64,000 nt of DNA, from IMG/VR virus record IMGVR_UViG_3300016469_000426, positions 3,785 to 67,784 of that record, one strand, 5' to 3'. Below the pieces are notes generated by a model that worked only from the letters and a program-made list of their open reading frames with translations, was not told the DNA's origin and made no database searches. The position numbers and the translations under genes were made by a program. Each line of letters begins with the position of its first letter. Position 1 is the stretch's first letter. Shown here piece by piece: positions 9,963 to 20,438 of the stretch. Origin of the DNA: a virus.

Positions 9963-12734
9963 TCAACTCTTTTTCTTGTCACTTGCTTTTTTGCCTGCGT
10001 CATATTTGTTCTTATTGGTACGAGCAATATCTAGATCCATCTGCTTCATATCTTTCTGTACCTGAAGCTTTTCTCTTTCAAGATCCATCTTTTCACGATG
10101 TTGTTGTTGTTTTATCGTTTCCTTGTTCTGATCAAAGCTCATCACTTGCTGAAATTCATCTCGCTTCCTGATATCATCCATGGTATCGCGGAAATCGCTC
10201 TGCATGTTTTGGTTGATGTCTTGCATAGCACCATAACCGGCAGCTCGAATCTCGGCCACAAGGATATCCTTACGACGATCTTTCTCAGCTTCCAGAGCAT
10301 CATGATCAAGCTCCATCTGCTTCTCTTTACTACGCTGCTCAGCTTCCATTTGCTTCATCTTCTCTTCATGTTGCATTTGTTCTTGACGTTGAGCAGTAGC
10401 TTTACGTTCTGTCTCTTTAAGAACAGTGGTAAGCTCAGATAAAGAGTCAGACTGGATAATATTTCCTAAGTCATAAATTGTAGCACCAGAAGTATTATTA
10501 CCAATAGCAAGTTGTTTCATCTGTTCAATTACAGCACGGTGATTAGCTTTGGTTGTACAGTAAACATTTATATCTCGTAGTAAAAGATCTGTACCATTGA
10601 TTGCAAAGTTTACCTGTTCATCTTTAGTGGTCATATACTGCAGACGAAGTGATGGTTTCTTCGAGTGATAATACTGAGCAAGGTCGGTTCTCATTTGATG
10701 AACACGAGGCATCAAATAATCACTGTGCTGAATGAAATACATTTCAGTCTGAGCGTAGGAACCAGCAATAGCTTGTTCTATACCTTTAGCTGTTTCAGTT
10801 TGACCGATCTGTTGACCCAAGCGCTGCGGTGTTATACCAATAGTTTCAAAGGCCTGTTGCTTGAAGTAATTTGCCAACTGGATCCTTGACATCATACGCT
10901 GTGTCTGTTCCAGGTTAAGTGTTTGGAAATGCTGGAAGTTAAGAGCGTTTTCTGTATTAGTGATCGAGGTATCCAGAGGCAACATCTGAAAATTCTTCAT
11001 TGCCACATAAGCTTTGGCCAGATTATTCTTACCCCAATCTTCACCCAGTGAATGGCGGGGTAGCGCGTTCTGATCCAACAGAATTACGGTCCCCAACTCA
11101 TCCACCAGGATATCCGCAATCTGATTGTTTACTATATTGTACCCAATCTGATAAGGCTTCATCAGGTCTACAAGAGCTGTAGAACGAGTATTACGATCGG
11201 AAAATACAGATCCCTCAACAGGTAGTTTACATCCGTAAAGGGTGTTGTCTCCTTTAAACTGGAATTTCAGAGGACCAATCTTGTTCTGGTTAATACCAAG
11301 GTACATCGGATTAACTCCTCCCGGGTTATTCATACCCCAGAAGCTTGGATGATTAGGTCCAATTTTCACTCCACCCCACGTTTGATTAATCCATATCCAG
11401 TCGATATGCTCACCAAAAACGAGGGTGTCTTTATTTTTATTCTTGATCAGAGTATTGTTGTACAAAGGTTTATCTGTGATACGATAGCTCTCGTCAACAA
11501 TATCTGTAATAGTTTCTCCGTTTTCTGTGATTTTAGTTAGATGACCAACCTTACGCTGAGACTTCCAATAAGCAGTAGTAACGCGTAACATGAAAGCCAT
11601 ACCCATGTCGAAATAGTCCTCCGACTCTCCGAGAATCCAGTTGATAATATCCCCTCCGTTATACACGAAGTTGTCATACATGGAAACAAACTGACGATAG
11701 GCAAGACCAGGCATGTTGGTATTCCATTCATGCGTTTTGGTAGCATCGTAGTAGGATCCGTCATTCTGGTATCCTTGTAGAGGATATCCTGCAGATCTTA
11801 CCGGATAAATGGCTTCAAGAGATTCAAGCTGTTCTTGCGTCATTAAGTAACCATACTTGTCGATTACATCAGCCACAGTCATCATCTCAATCTTACCTAC
11901 CCAGTTTCCTTGGGAGATATAGCGGATATCAGGAGATTTATGGTAAAAGGTTAGAACCGGGTTCCATAACTCGATCTCATAATCATCTTCGCCCATTCTG
12001 AAATGCCAGAACTCACGATCGGTAATTAAGCTATCGCGAAAACCGCGTTCTTCAAGCTCGTCCATTTTAAAGCGCTCTTCATCAATCTTGTGTTGATGGG
12101 CAGCCCATTGCTCACAAAGACTACGGTAGCTTTTATCAAAAAAACTCTGGATCTCTGGGAGCGACTTCAGATTTTCAGGAGCCATTTGCTGTTGCATATG
12201 CTGCTGAATCTCCGGATCATTAGGATCAGCTCCTTGCTCAATCATCTTAGTAATAAGCTTGTTTTGAGCATCTTGTAAAAGAACGTTTTCGATGGCCTGT
12301 CTTTTCAGCTCCATCTTTTCGTTGTAGGTGTATTCATCAACACCTCTGAAGGTTACTCGTGAATTACGTTTAGCAAACTCCGCGGTAAGGACGTTGATGA
12401 CATTGGGAATGATCGGGTAAAACTTAAGCTCCAAAGCACTGAAATCCTCTTCGATAAGAGTATCTACGATTTCTCGCATTTCGTTATCCTGCTCAACAAT
12501 ATAGTCTGTTTTGTCGATGATACCTTTGGCCAGCTTGTAGTTTTTCATTAACCGGCGAGCGTTTCGACGGATCTGTTTAAGACCTTGCCATTCCAGCCAG
12601 TCCATGTTCCAGGCGGTCCACTCATCATCCTTCTCTTTTCTCGGAAGAAACTGAATAGGCTGAGTAATAGAACCCATGCGGTTGTATTCCGCCTTGGCTC
12701 CAGCCTTTAACTGCATCGCATTTAATACTTTCAT
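9963..12734 (-). CDS. putative portal protein with C-terminal coiled-coil/charged extension
   Basis: 923 aa ORF immediately downstream of large terminase; position and size based. Confidence 0.5.
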   Translation of the reverse strand: MKVLNAMQLKAGAKAEYNRMGSITQPIQFLPRKEKDDEWTAWNMDWLEWQGLKQIRRNARRLMKNYKLAKGIIDKTDYIVEQDNEMREIVDTLIEEDFSALELKFYPIIPNVINVLTAEFAKRNSRVTFRGVDEYTYNEKMELKRQAIENVLLQDAQNKLITKMIEQGADPNDPEIQQHMQQQMAPENLKSLPEIQSFFDKSYRSLCEQWAAHQHKIDEERFKMDELEERGFRDSLITDREFWHFRMGEDDYEIELWNPVLTFYHKSPDIRYISQGNWVGKIEMMTVADVIDKYGYLMTQEQLESLEAIYPVRSAGYPLQGYQNDGSYYDATKTHEWNTNMPGLAYRQFVSMYDNFVYNGGDIINWILGESEDYFDMGMAFMLRVTTAYWKSQRKVGHLTKITENGETITDIVDESYRITDKPLYNNTLIKNKNKDTLVFGEHIDWIWINQTWGGVKIGPNHPSFWGMNNPGGVNPMYLGINQNKIGPLKFQFKGDNTLYGCKLPVEGSVFSDRNTRSTALVDLMKPYQIGYNIVNNQIADILVDELGTVILLDQNALPRHSLGEDWGKNNLAKAYVAMKNFQMLPLDTSITNTENALNFQHFQTLNLEQTQRMMSRIQLANYFKQQAFETIGITPQRLGQQIGQTETAKGIEQAIAGSYAQTEMYFIQHSDYLMPRVHQMRTDLAQYYHSKKPSLRLQYMTTKDEQVNFAINGTDLLLRDINVYCTTKANHRAVIEQMKQLAIGNNTSGATIYDLGNIIQSDSLSELTTVLKETERKATAQRQEQMQHEEKMKQMEAEQRSKEKQMELDHDALEAEKDRRKDILVAEIRAAGYGAMQDINQNMQSDFRDTMDDIRKRDEFQQVMSFDQNKETIKQQQHREKMDLEREKLQVQKDMKQMDLDIARTNKNKYDAGKKASDKKKS

Positions 12735-12739
12735 GGCTC

Positions 12740-14947
12740 TTATCTGATGTTTTTAAACGGGTTCCTAGGCGGTTTCTTTCCTGAACTCGCTGAGCTCCCC
12801 CCGATATGCCGGAAAGGGCTACTAGGTAATTTAAACAAATTCTGGGACTTTTCCAAGGGTTTCTTGCTCACGTTATCCACGCGTTTACGGTAACCACGGT
12901 TTGCTTGTTGCACTTTAGCAAAAGCGATTAGAGCGGCCAAAGATACTAAACGGTCAACGTTGACGTCGTCATCGTAATGTTCCATCTCAACCATGGCCAT
13001 GATATCAGGTATTCTTTCGATACCATACTTCCTTTTGACAATAGTACCATCTTCTTTGGTCTCTACATCAATCTCTTCTTTCAAGTACTCGATCAAATAA
13101 CTCAGCATGTGATTCTTGAAGAGAGTTCCTGTGTTCTTCCAACCGTAATCTTGAAACACATTAGTATTAGCACCGAGGTCTTTCAAAAAGGCTATCTGGC
13201 TTTTTGGTACAAGGTATCGCTGAAGACGCCTTGAAATCATGTGTCGGATAAAATGACTGACGTTGTTCTCAACAATGGTCCAGGCATTATACCACTCAAT
13301 AATTATTTCGAGGCGCTCATGAGTTTTATTGATATCATCAAATCGGCCACACCAAGAAGCAACGATTCCATCGTGTTCAACAAATGTTTCTGTCTGATCA
13401 CCGTTTATCCGGGTAACTTCGATCGGATTCTTATACACGTATATTGAACAAAGAGATTCTGATGTAGTAGTTTTTCCTTCTGAAACCGGGTCGACAGAAG
13501 CATAATATGTTCCCCATGGAGCAGTAGGATCAGGTCTTTCATAAACCACGATTACACCTGTTTTATCCTCAATGTCTTTTGTAATAGGGAATTCTGTGAT
13601 TGGTAACTTGTTGCTTATTTTGGCTTGGACCTTCCCATACTCGTCTCGCTGTAGATCTAAAAACTCAATAGGGTATTCCTTATCGAGGATACGTCTTTTT
13701 TGAGCACCAACTAGGTTAAGCGGGAACTTAGATACTTTTCTGTAAGCAAATGCCTCAGCAATATTTTTTGGATGCTGGGAAATACGGAGCTGGTATTTTT
13801 CTGGTGAAAGATCTCTCTTCCACTTTCCACGTTCTAGATCGATAGCCTTTACAGCTTCTTCAACAAGAGAGTTACCATACTGATCTATGTAAGGAGGCAT
13901 AGACCATTGCTCTGGAATAAACAATCCGGTGAGTCCTACAGTCCCTTCGTGATCGAGCAGATTTGACTCCACGGCATAAATACTATTCGCTCCTGGTTTA
14001 AGAACCATCTCTTTCAAAGGTTGACATTGATCAAGGTCACCCACAGATCCTGCAGCAATGAAAGTTCCAGTAGTAATGTGTCCAGATTGAAGCGCAGGGA
14101 AAAGAAACTCTACTGTTGTATCCATCTTGGGTGCGATACCAGCCTCCTCGTGGAAAAAGTAGGTACATGGACCACCGACACCAGATGTGGCATCCTTCTC
14201 AAAAGTTACCATTGAAAGCACACCCTTCAAACCTTTCATGTACTTTCTACCTCGAGTATCTGTTTCTTCAATCTGTTGTTGCCACATACCAACCTTACCT
14301 GGATTCATAGGTCTGTACCAGGCGGTGTGTTCATTCAAAAAAGACGAGTACTCGTTCAAGAACTTCCAAGAGCCTTTCTCATTCACATAGTCTTTTAAAG
14401 AAGCACCCATTTTAAGAATAGGCGTCTCCTCGAACCAGATTTGATTTATGAGTTTAGCACAGTGAAAGTATGAAGAAGCGATCTGACGTTTCTTTAAGAT
14501 AGCACAGTGGAGATAGTTCAGTTCAGCAAGAATTTCATACAAAGCCATGTGATACTGCGCATCGCGTACATCCGGAAAGTCGAACCTTCTAGTCTCCTTG
14601 TTGTTGATTGGGAGAAAGTTGATCCACATGTAGTAATCTCTAGTGAGATACCAAACCTTATCTCCGTTACGGAATATGACGCCTTTTCTACACTTAGTTT
14701 TTTGATCATCCCAATACTTGAGGAAATCTTTACTACGGAAGGGCGCTGCACAGTAGAAGCCTTGTCGATTATACCGACGACCCTCTTCATTGAAGAGGAA
14801 ACTGGTCTCGTCAAATCCATATTGACCCGGTTCTTTAAAGCAGGATCGCACAAAGATTCTAAACTCTTCCCGAGTTTCAAAGAGAGTAGGTTCTACCCAC
14901 TCACCATCTTTCCAAGTAGGAATCTCTATGTAAGAATTATTGATCAT
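12740..14947 (-). CDS. putative terminase large subunit
   Basis: 735 aa; Walker-B-like YFFHEEAG, RNaseH-fold nuclease-like GTYYASVDPVSEGK...LCSIYVY; sits upstream of portal. Confidence 0.55.
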   Translation of the reverse strand: MINNSYIEIPTWKDGEWVEPTLFETREEFRIFVRSCFKEPGQYGFDETSFLFNEEGRRYNRQGFYCAAPFRSKDFLKYWDDQKTKCRKGVIFRNGDKVWYLTRDYYMWINFLPINNKETRRFDFPDVRDAQYHMALYEILAELNYLHCAILKKRQIASSYFHCAKLINQIWFEETPILKMGASLKDYVNEKGSWKFLNEYSSFLNEHTAWYRPMNPGKVGMWQQQIEETDTRGRKYMKGLKGVLSMVTFEKDATSGVGGPCTYFFHEEAGIAPKMDTTVEFLFPALQSGHITTGTFIAAGSVGDLDQCQPLKEMVLKPGANSIYAVESNLLDHEGTVGLTGLFIPEQWSMPPYIDQYGNSLVEEAVKAIDLERGKWKRDLSPEKYQLRISQHPKNIAEAFAYRKVSKFPLNLVGAQKRRILDKEYPIEFLDLQRDEYGKVQAKISNKLPITEFPITKDIEDKTGVIVVYERPDPTAPWGTYYASVDPVSEGKTTTSESLCSIYVYKNPIEVTRINGDQTETFVEHDGIVASWCGRFDDINKTHERLEIIIEWYNAWTIVENNVSHFIRHMISRRLQRYLVPKSQIAFLKDLGANTNVFQDYGWKNTGTLFKNHMLSYLIEYLKEEIDVETKEDGTIVKRKYGIERIPDIMAMVEMEHYDDDVNVDRLVSLAALIAFAKVQQANRGYRKRVDNVSKKPLEKSQNLFKLPSSPFRHIGGSSASSGKKPPRNPFKNIR

Positions 14948-15449
14948 ATGCTAAACCGGCACCACCTCTTGTGTGAGTTTTTTGTTCTTCTTGTAGGTCT
15001 TTGTACACCCCCTTAAAGGATAATCTAATACCCTCAAAATTTTTGGCGGCGGCGACCAATGAGTTGATGTTACCATCTCGTCCATGAGTAATAGGCGTAG
15101 TCTCCATGTATTTAGCTAATCGATCCATCATCTTAGCCATACCATTATAAGCTCTGACAGTGGGTGTCTCATACAATTGTCGACACCTATCTTTAGCTAT
15201 AACGACCAAGTCATCTTCTGTAGAAAAGTCAGCCTTTATCTCTTGCAATATGATGTCTTCCTTATCTTCATCAGGCACGTTAAAGAATGGATTGACTTCC
15301 GGATTAGGACATGTCATGTAGAATAGATACTTGTACACCTCTATGTAAGTATCCGGATAAGCGTCCATTATGTTCTTGAGAAAACTCAAGGCATAACAAT
15401 GTTCCGTTGGAACAAGCTTATCATCCTGCACGTCAAATAATCTTATCAT
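14937..15449 (-). CDS. hypothetical protein (possible small terminase by position)
   Basis: 170 aa ORF directly upstream of and overlapping large terminase start. Confidence 0.3.
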   Translation of the reverse strand: MIRLFDVQDDKLVPTEHCYALSFLKNIMDAYPDTYIEVYKYLFYMTCPNPEVNPFFNVPDEDKEDIILQEIKADFSTEDDLVVIAKDRCRQLYETPTVRAYNGMAKMMDRLAKYMETTPITHGRDGNINSLVAAAKNFEGIRLSFKGVYKDLQEEQKTHTRGGAGLAYDQ

Positions 15450-15841
15450 GATTTCAGAGCTACTAAAGTATTAATCCTTTGAAGAACTTCTTCAGATGTA
15501 TGACCATCCCAGGTTGGAGCAAGATCTCTAGCTTTTACAAAGCTAGTCTTATCCCAATAACTCATAGGAAGATGATACGTAATTTGTTTACCAGGTTCTT
15601 CATCGATACCTAAGATAAACCAATCCGGGAATCTTGTGCCATCCGAGTGCCATTGAGATTTCCATACACGAGATGCTTCTCCTACATCACAAAGCATTTT
15701 ACACAAAGCAACATAAAGAATAATTCGGTGGTCATACAGTTCACCGAAGGAGTGATATCCATCTCTGATATCATTTGTTTTTATGAGCTTATCATCTGCA
15801 AGCTCTTTGATGAGAATGTTTAGTGCGTGTGTTTTATCCAT
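15446..15841 (-). CDS. hypothetical protein
   Basis: 131 aa ORF. Confidence 0.45.
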   Translation of the reverse strand: MDKTHALNILIKELADDKLIKTNDIRDGYHSFGELYDHRIILYVALCKMLCDVGEASRVWKSQWHSDGTRFPDWFILGIDEEPGKQITYHLPMSYWDKTSFVKARDLAPTWDGHTSEEVLQRINTLVALKS

Positions 15842-15856
15842 CTTGAAGAACTGTGT

Positions 15857-16690
15857 TTATTTGTTTTTGAGTGTTGGACGATTCTCGTGTAACCAGTTGA
15901 TCATGGCTATGACCTCTGATTTAAGATAAGGTACGTCATAAGGAAAGATTTCCTTTACAATAGGGTTACCTTGATCATCTTTTTTAGCAATAGGATAACC
16001 GTATTTATCTAACCCTTCTTCTTCAAATATGACGTGATGTAGTGTGAGTTTCCCAGGTTTAAGCTGAGGATTGTGCTTTATGATTATGTACATGTATACA
16101 CTAAGTTGTAAAGCATAGTGGTAGTAGTTACAATCATCCAGATGAGCACAAGGACCCAGCATTTTTTGGAAGATTCCATTGTAACTTTTGAAGCTCTTGA
16201 GCTTTATCTCTTTGTTAGTCTTATAATCGATGATATCAACCGTAGATTTGATAACTTCTACTCGGTCGGATTGACCACATAGACCTGCAGACTTCAGGTA
16301 AACGAAATGCTCTGGATAAATGCCTTCCACCAATCTTTGTTCTGGAGCTATCTTAAGTTCTCCATTATAGATGGGTTTTATGATAGGTATTTCTACACCG
16401 GCTCTTTGAATAGTAAGATGAGAGCTTATATCTTTTTCACGTTGATCGTGATACCATGTACCTAAGTCAGTTGCTCGTTTCCCTTCCGATTCCCAAGCAG
16501 CTACTATCTCTTCAACAGGTAGCTTGTACCACTTAGATTTAGGATTACGAGCTGATTTCACAGCTTGAGCTGCTGCATCAAACTTAGGTTTAAAGAGACC
16601 GACGAACGATGTAACACTCATCCAGTCTATGTTTTCTTCAGGATTTATGCTCTTGTAGCTGTGATCCTTCGCTTGGAATATTACTGACAT
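15857..16690 (-). CDS. PD-(D/E)xK family nuclease (RecB/Cas4-like fold)
   Basis: 277 aa; VDIIDYKTNK (D-x-x-D-YK) and QLSVY (QxxxY) motifs. Confidence 0.5.
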   Translation of the reverse strand: MSVIFQAKDHSYKSINPEENIDWMSVTSFVGLFKPKFDAAAQAVKSARNPKSKWYKLPVEEIVAAWESEGKRATDLGTWYHDQREKDISSHLTIQRAGVEIPIIKPIYNGELKIAPEQRLVEGIYPEHFVYLKSAGLCGQSDRVEVIKSTVDIIDYKTNKEIKLKSFKSYNGIFQKMLGPCAHLDDCNYYHYALQLSVYMYIIIKHNPQLKPGKLTLHHVIFEEEGLDKYGYPIAKKDDQGNPIVKEIFPYDVPYLKSEVIAMINWLHENRPTLKNK

Positions 16691-16856
16691 CTTGAGTTGG
16701 TTTTTGAGTTGACATATAACAAGCCGGCGGTAAACCGCTCAGCTTATTGATTATTCTAGCACCTCTACAAGTAGGACAAACCGGTATTGTATTAAAGGTA
16801 CCTGGACTAGGATCTACACCTGTCCCATTACATACTGGACATTTCTGAAAGCTCAT
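16638..16856 (-). CDS. small zinc-ribbon protein
   Basis: CPVCNG...CPTC pattern, 72 aa. Confidence 0.4.
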   Translation of the reverse strand: MSFQKCPVCNGTGVDPSPGTFNTIPVCPTCRGARIINKLSGLPPACYMSTQKPTQDVSNIPSEGSQLQEHKS

Positions 16857-17097
16857 ATTTTTGTTCTATTATAGTCTCGACCACGGTTAAGTTTTCTTCA
16901 TCTGGAGAATCTATCATCTGATCTAGGGTTATCTCCTCTTCCCTAGTTATCTTACCCTCTTTACGAAGTTCCGTCACAAACCCTTTTAAGATTGAACGTC
17001 GAGTAGGTCCTGTATATACAATGTTGACAACTCTTGTTGGATCTTTCACTATTACTCCTTGAAATGATAACATCATTTGTGCCCACGCATCCTTCAT
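16828..17097 (-). CDS. small protein carrying the shared IT.EE..L..M..S.D.EN module
   Basis: ...ITREEEITLDQMIDSPDEENLTVVETIIE near C-terminus. Confidence 0.45.
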   Translation of the reverse strand: MKDAWAQMMLSFQGVIVKDPTRVVNIVYTGPTRRSILKGFVTELRKEGKITREEEITLDQMIDSPDEENLTVVETIIEQKYELSEMSSM

Positions 17098-17099
17098 AA

Positions 17100-17432
17100 T
17101 TATGATTTGTCAGGATCAAAATCGATTTCCTTGTAAAGCTTATCTTCTTCATCCTGTTCCAGGACAGCTTGCCATTTAGCACCATCCGGATGAGGACACT
17201 CAGAAGATAATGACCTCGTTTTAAAAGCGAGCTTGCAGCCGCATACACTACAGCAAGGTTGTGTACCAGGCACCATGCATTTGCTTCCCTCATTGTCTAC
17301 TAGAGGACATTTAGCACAAGTATCAAGACGCTCTTTAGCAATCTTCTCTACGTACTCTTTCTTGAATAGAGAGTTTCCTACTCCTTCAAGAATTTGTTTC
17401 CGGTGATTCCAGATTTCTCTTATGTTCAGCAT
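17100..17432 (-). CDS. Cys-rich metal-binding protein
   Basis: CAKCP...C...CCSVCGC...C, 110 aa. Confidence 0.45.
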   Translation of the reverse strand: MLNIREIWNHRKQILEGVGNSLFKKEYVEKIAKERLDTCAKCPLVDNEGSKCMVPGTQPCCSVCGCKLAFKTRSLSSECPHPDGAKWQAVLEQDEEDKLYKEIDFDPDKS

Positions 17433-17802
17433 TGCGTTTTTCTTTTATCTGCTGCTTGCGACATCGATCTTCTTCAACCATCTTTTGCATCTTTGATATC
17501 TGCTCCATTCGTTGTTCGACCTCTGCTCTCACAGCATGTCTTTGAAATGTCATCTTCTCAGGATTGTGCTTAGTAAGCACTTTCTGATAATCATCTTTTG
17601 CTTCTTGAAGCTTCCAGCTTTTTATCCGGAAAGTTCCGAAGTTTGCTACTTCTACTCTTGGGCCACGCAGATCACTCAGAGCTTTACGAACTTCTTTCCA
17701 ATAGAAGTCGACGATATCTTGTACAAGATTCTCATCTGCACCTAAGGCTTCTGCCGTTTGCTTGACACACTCTTTAGGCTTCTTGGGATTCAACATGCAC
17801 AA
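17386..17802 (-). CDS. HU-like DNA-binding domain protein
   Basis: ...LSDLRGPRVEVANFGTFRIK matches the HU/IHF G-F-G-T-F core; basic coiled C-terminus. Confidence 0.45.
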   Translation of the reverse strand: MCMLNPKKPKECVKQTAEALGADENLVQDIVDFYWKEVRKALSDLRGPRVEVANFGTFRIKSWKLQEAKDDYQKVLTKHNPEKMTFQRHAVRAEVEQRMEQISKMQKMVEEDRCRKQQIKEKRNAEHKRNLESPETNS

Positions 17803-18145
17803 ACTTACAGTCTAAAAGTACGTTTCCAGTAGCTTGAATCTTCAGATCAGGATGAACCATTATTCTCTTTTTGTTCTTCCCTTCTTTGACGATGAACCCT
17901 TCATTCTCCATTTTCACCAAACAGTTTCGTACGGTCTGAGTAGTCTTGAAGATACCTTCAGTACTAGCCAAAGTACAGAACTCTGTCAGGTCATACTCAC
18001 CTTTTACAGCGAGTAGTGTCAAACAGTCCAGCTGTGATTCACTCAATGCTGCCTTTGTCAGGTAGCAATGAGTGATCAGCTGGAACTTAACTATGTCCCA
18101 TAGAGAAAGCCTAGCCCGCTTTTCTACGAGGTTAACCTTTGCCAT
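17774..18145 (-). CDS. winged-helix DNA-binding protein (MarR/ArsR-like)
   Basis: TQTVRNCLVKMENEGFIVKEGKNKK wHTH-like segment. Confidence 0.4.
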   Translation of the reverse strand: MAKVNLVEKRARLSLWDIVKFQLITHCYLTKAALSESQLDCLTLLAVKGEYDLTEFCTLASTEGIFKTTQTVRNCLVKMENEGFIVKEGKNKKRIMVHPDLKIQATGNVLLDCKFVHVESQEA

Positions 18146-18156
18146 GGTTTGTTGGT

Positions 18157-18759
18157 TTAAAAATCTACTCCTTCTTCAAGCAGAGTGTAGGTGAAGCTAT
18201 CACCGTTTCCTGCTGCTATATTCTTTTTGGCTATAGATAGAACATAAGCCAGATCCTTTTTGTATCGGTGTACTTGACACGCAGCACTGTTGTTCTTCAC
18301 GTTCACAGAATCATATCCGTGATGCTGGTTCACGCCAAAGAAACCTTCCATGATAGACTTAGGATCAAAGTCCATTATGTTGTCCTTGTTGCGGTCGCGG
18401 TAAAGCTTGACTTTGTTACCGGTTTGAACGAAGGCTTCGTACTGAGCAGCGCCATGCTTTCCGATCTTCCATACTCCACGATATTGTCCGCGGGCGAGAA
18501 TACCACAACCGGCCGGATTAAGAAGCTTCTGCTGCATGTAGTAAATACCAGGATCCGTAGTAAACTGATCATTTACCCAGATCATGTTCTTTCCGTTCTC
18601 TTGCCAGCATAGGATAAAAAAGTCATCCCAGTTGTCAACCTTACGATTTTTGGAACGTACACCGATCATGTTTACATTCATGTTTCCGGTGAAGAACTTA
18701 AAGCCAGCTTTCTCTACAGCAGCTTTTACTTTAGCATAGGTGAAATCTTCCTTTTTCAT
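18157..18759 (-). CDS. hypothetical protein, weak peptidase-like features
   Basis: 200 aa; NQHHGYD and SAACQVH motifs, no secure family assignment. Confidence 0.35.
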   Translation of the reverse strand: MKKEDFTYAKVKAAVEKAGFKFFTGNMNVNMIGVRSKNRKVDNWDDFFILCWQENGKNMIWVNDQFTTDPGIYYMQQKLLNPAGCGILARGQYRGVWKIGKHGAAQYEAFVQTGNKVKLYRDRNKDNIMDFDPKSIMEGFFGVNQHHGYDSVNVKNNSAACQVHRYKKDLAYVLSIAKKNIAAGNGDSFTYTLLEEGVDF

Positions 18760-19049
18760 GCTTCCTCCTTTTTAAGTTGACGAGCAGGTCTTTCTTCTTC
18801 TGAAGCTGGATCTGGCGGGTTAGGTGTTTGCTCCTTTTCTTGAGGAGGGCCTGCCATAATTTGAGCAATACGCATTGTCATGGTGACACGCTTAGCTCGT
18901 GCTTCTTCGATATCAGCAAGGAGAGTCTCATATTCTTTCTGAGACTTGAGCAAAGGAATTTGCTCTTTGTAGTACTGAATCATCTTCTCTCGGTAAGCCT
19001 TTAACTCAGCTTCCGTAGGTTCTCTGTCTTGTTGGTTGGTTTCTGACAT
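18756..19049 (-). CDS. acidic coiled-coil protein
   Basis: 97 aa, Glu-rich, overlaps neighbours by 4 nt. Confidence 0.4.
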   Translation of the reverse strand: MSETNQQDREPTEAELKAYREKMIQYYKEQIPLLKSQKEYETLLADIEEARAKRVTMTMRIAQIMAGPPQEKEQTPNPPDPASEEERPARQLKKEEA

Positions 19050-19183
19050 GACTGATTATGTTGGTTAAACTAACGCGAATGTACGCATAAAAGTTTAAAC
19101 TTGCACCATTTACTTACCGACAGGAGAAAAAAAAGGGACCGGAAGATCCGATCCCCTAGGGATATTGAGGAGGCAAAAAGCTC

Positions 19184-19858
19184 TTATTGAAGGTTATACC
19201 CTACAAAACCGAACCAACGACGAGGGCCGGTAAATCGGTAATAATAATGTTGTCCTGTTACAGGACGAAGAATTGGAGCTATGAAAGGTGTATTTATACC
19301 CTGAGCCTTGTCATAAGGAACTCGAAGGGTATTCCATGCTTCGGCCCATTCTGCTCCAGGAGTTAAACCTGTATCCAGAGTGGTTCCATCAGCAGCTTTA
19401 AGCTCTGTCGAATCGTCCCAGAATGTTCCCATCAAAGCTTCGTAACCATCGATCTCAGGCTTACTCCATGGACCAACTTGGTCAAATGGGTAAACGATAT
19501 TGAAGGAGCGAGAAATGGCAATCTGCAGCTCTTCCCATTCAGCTTCACTGAAAGCGACTACCATACCTAGTGTAAGAGAACGATTGTTCTGATTAGGCGT
19601 ATACTGTTTAGAGAATACTTCGCTGGCCGGAGGGGTTGTTCCCTCTAGCTGATTAGCAATCAAAAGCTCTCTCTGATAAACATCAGCGAAGAATTCTACA
19701 GCATCCGTATAAGGATTCTGATACTTGCTGGCTTTCTTTGCGGGAAGCTTATAGGTCCCTCCTGTAGAATAGCGTGTTCCCTTACGGTTGTTAGCCAAAA
19801 GAAGCGCTGTAGGGATCAATTTGTCTTGTGCTGCCATGATTTGTTGTTTACTTTTCAA
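19184..19858 (-). CDS. hypothetical structural protein
   Basis: 224 aa ORF. Confidence 0.45.
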   Translation of the reverse strand: MKSKQQIMAAQDKLIPTALLLANNRKGTRYSTGGTYKLPAKKASKYQNPYTDAVEFFADVYQRELLIANQLEGTTPPASEVFSKQYTPNQNNRSLTLGMVVAFSEAEWEELQIAISRSFNIVYPFDQVGPWSKPEIDGYEALMGTFWDDSTELKAADGTTLDTGLTPGAEWAEAWNTLRVPYDKAQGINTPFIAPILRPVTGQHYYYRFTGPRRWFGFVGYNLQ

Positions 19859-20438
19859 GTAGATCGGAACCTTTGCCTTTGTAGCAGATCCAACTCATAT
19901 CCTGGTAAAACCGGTATGATCTTGCTGGACTCATGCTATACCAGTTTTCCAAGAGACCTGTACCTACGTACATAATCCAGCTGGTAAACTCTGAGCAATA
20001 GAACGAGTTACTGTTCTTAGTTCCGTACCACTTACCTGATAATATAAGCAAAATCTGGTAGAATACCAAAGAAAAGTAGTCATATCTCAGACCGAGCTTC
20101 GACTTGATTATAGTCTTTAGCTCTTCTTTACTTTTTGTTCCATGGTTAACATAGAACTTACCAGGAATACGAGTGATGCAAAGTTTTTTATCCATGACCC
20201 AGTCTTTAAACTTGGTCTTCTTTATTTCCGGATCTGCTTCGTATACATAAAGCTCTGATCCATGCCATACAGCAATAGCTGTATGAGAATAGTATGCAGC
20301 TTCTGGTCCATAGCGAAGCTTTTGCATAAACCGGATAGCAGCTGCTAAATATCTTTGCGGCTTTTTCCAGTTGAAGGGAGAGTGTACATGAAGAACATCC
20401 AGATCTTCAATATACATTACACTATCAATGTTGGTCAT
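19848..20438 (-). CDS. permuted papain-fold (NlpC/P60 or YiiX-like) hydrolase; endolysin candidate
   Basis: His in HTAIAVW followed by Cys in FYCSEFTSW, the order seen in permuted NlpC/P60 amidases. Confidence 0.4.
   Translation of the reverse strand: MTNIDSVMYIEDLDVLHVHSPFNWKKPQRYLAAAIRFMQKLRYGPEAAYYSHTAIAVWHGSELYVYEADPEIKKTKFKDWVMDKKLCITRIPGKFYVNHGTKSKEELKTIIKSKLGLRYDYFSLVFYQILLILSGKWYGTKNSNSFYCSEFTSWIMYVGTGLLENWYSMSPARSYRFYQDMSWICYKGKGSDLLEK

Noticed and set aside
6918-14947. Assigning the phage to a named family (e.g. crAss-like) from capsid, portal and terminase
   Set aside because: Assignments rest on gene order and size only. No family-specific motif could be verified without database searches.
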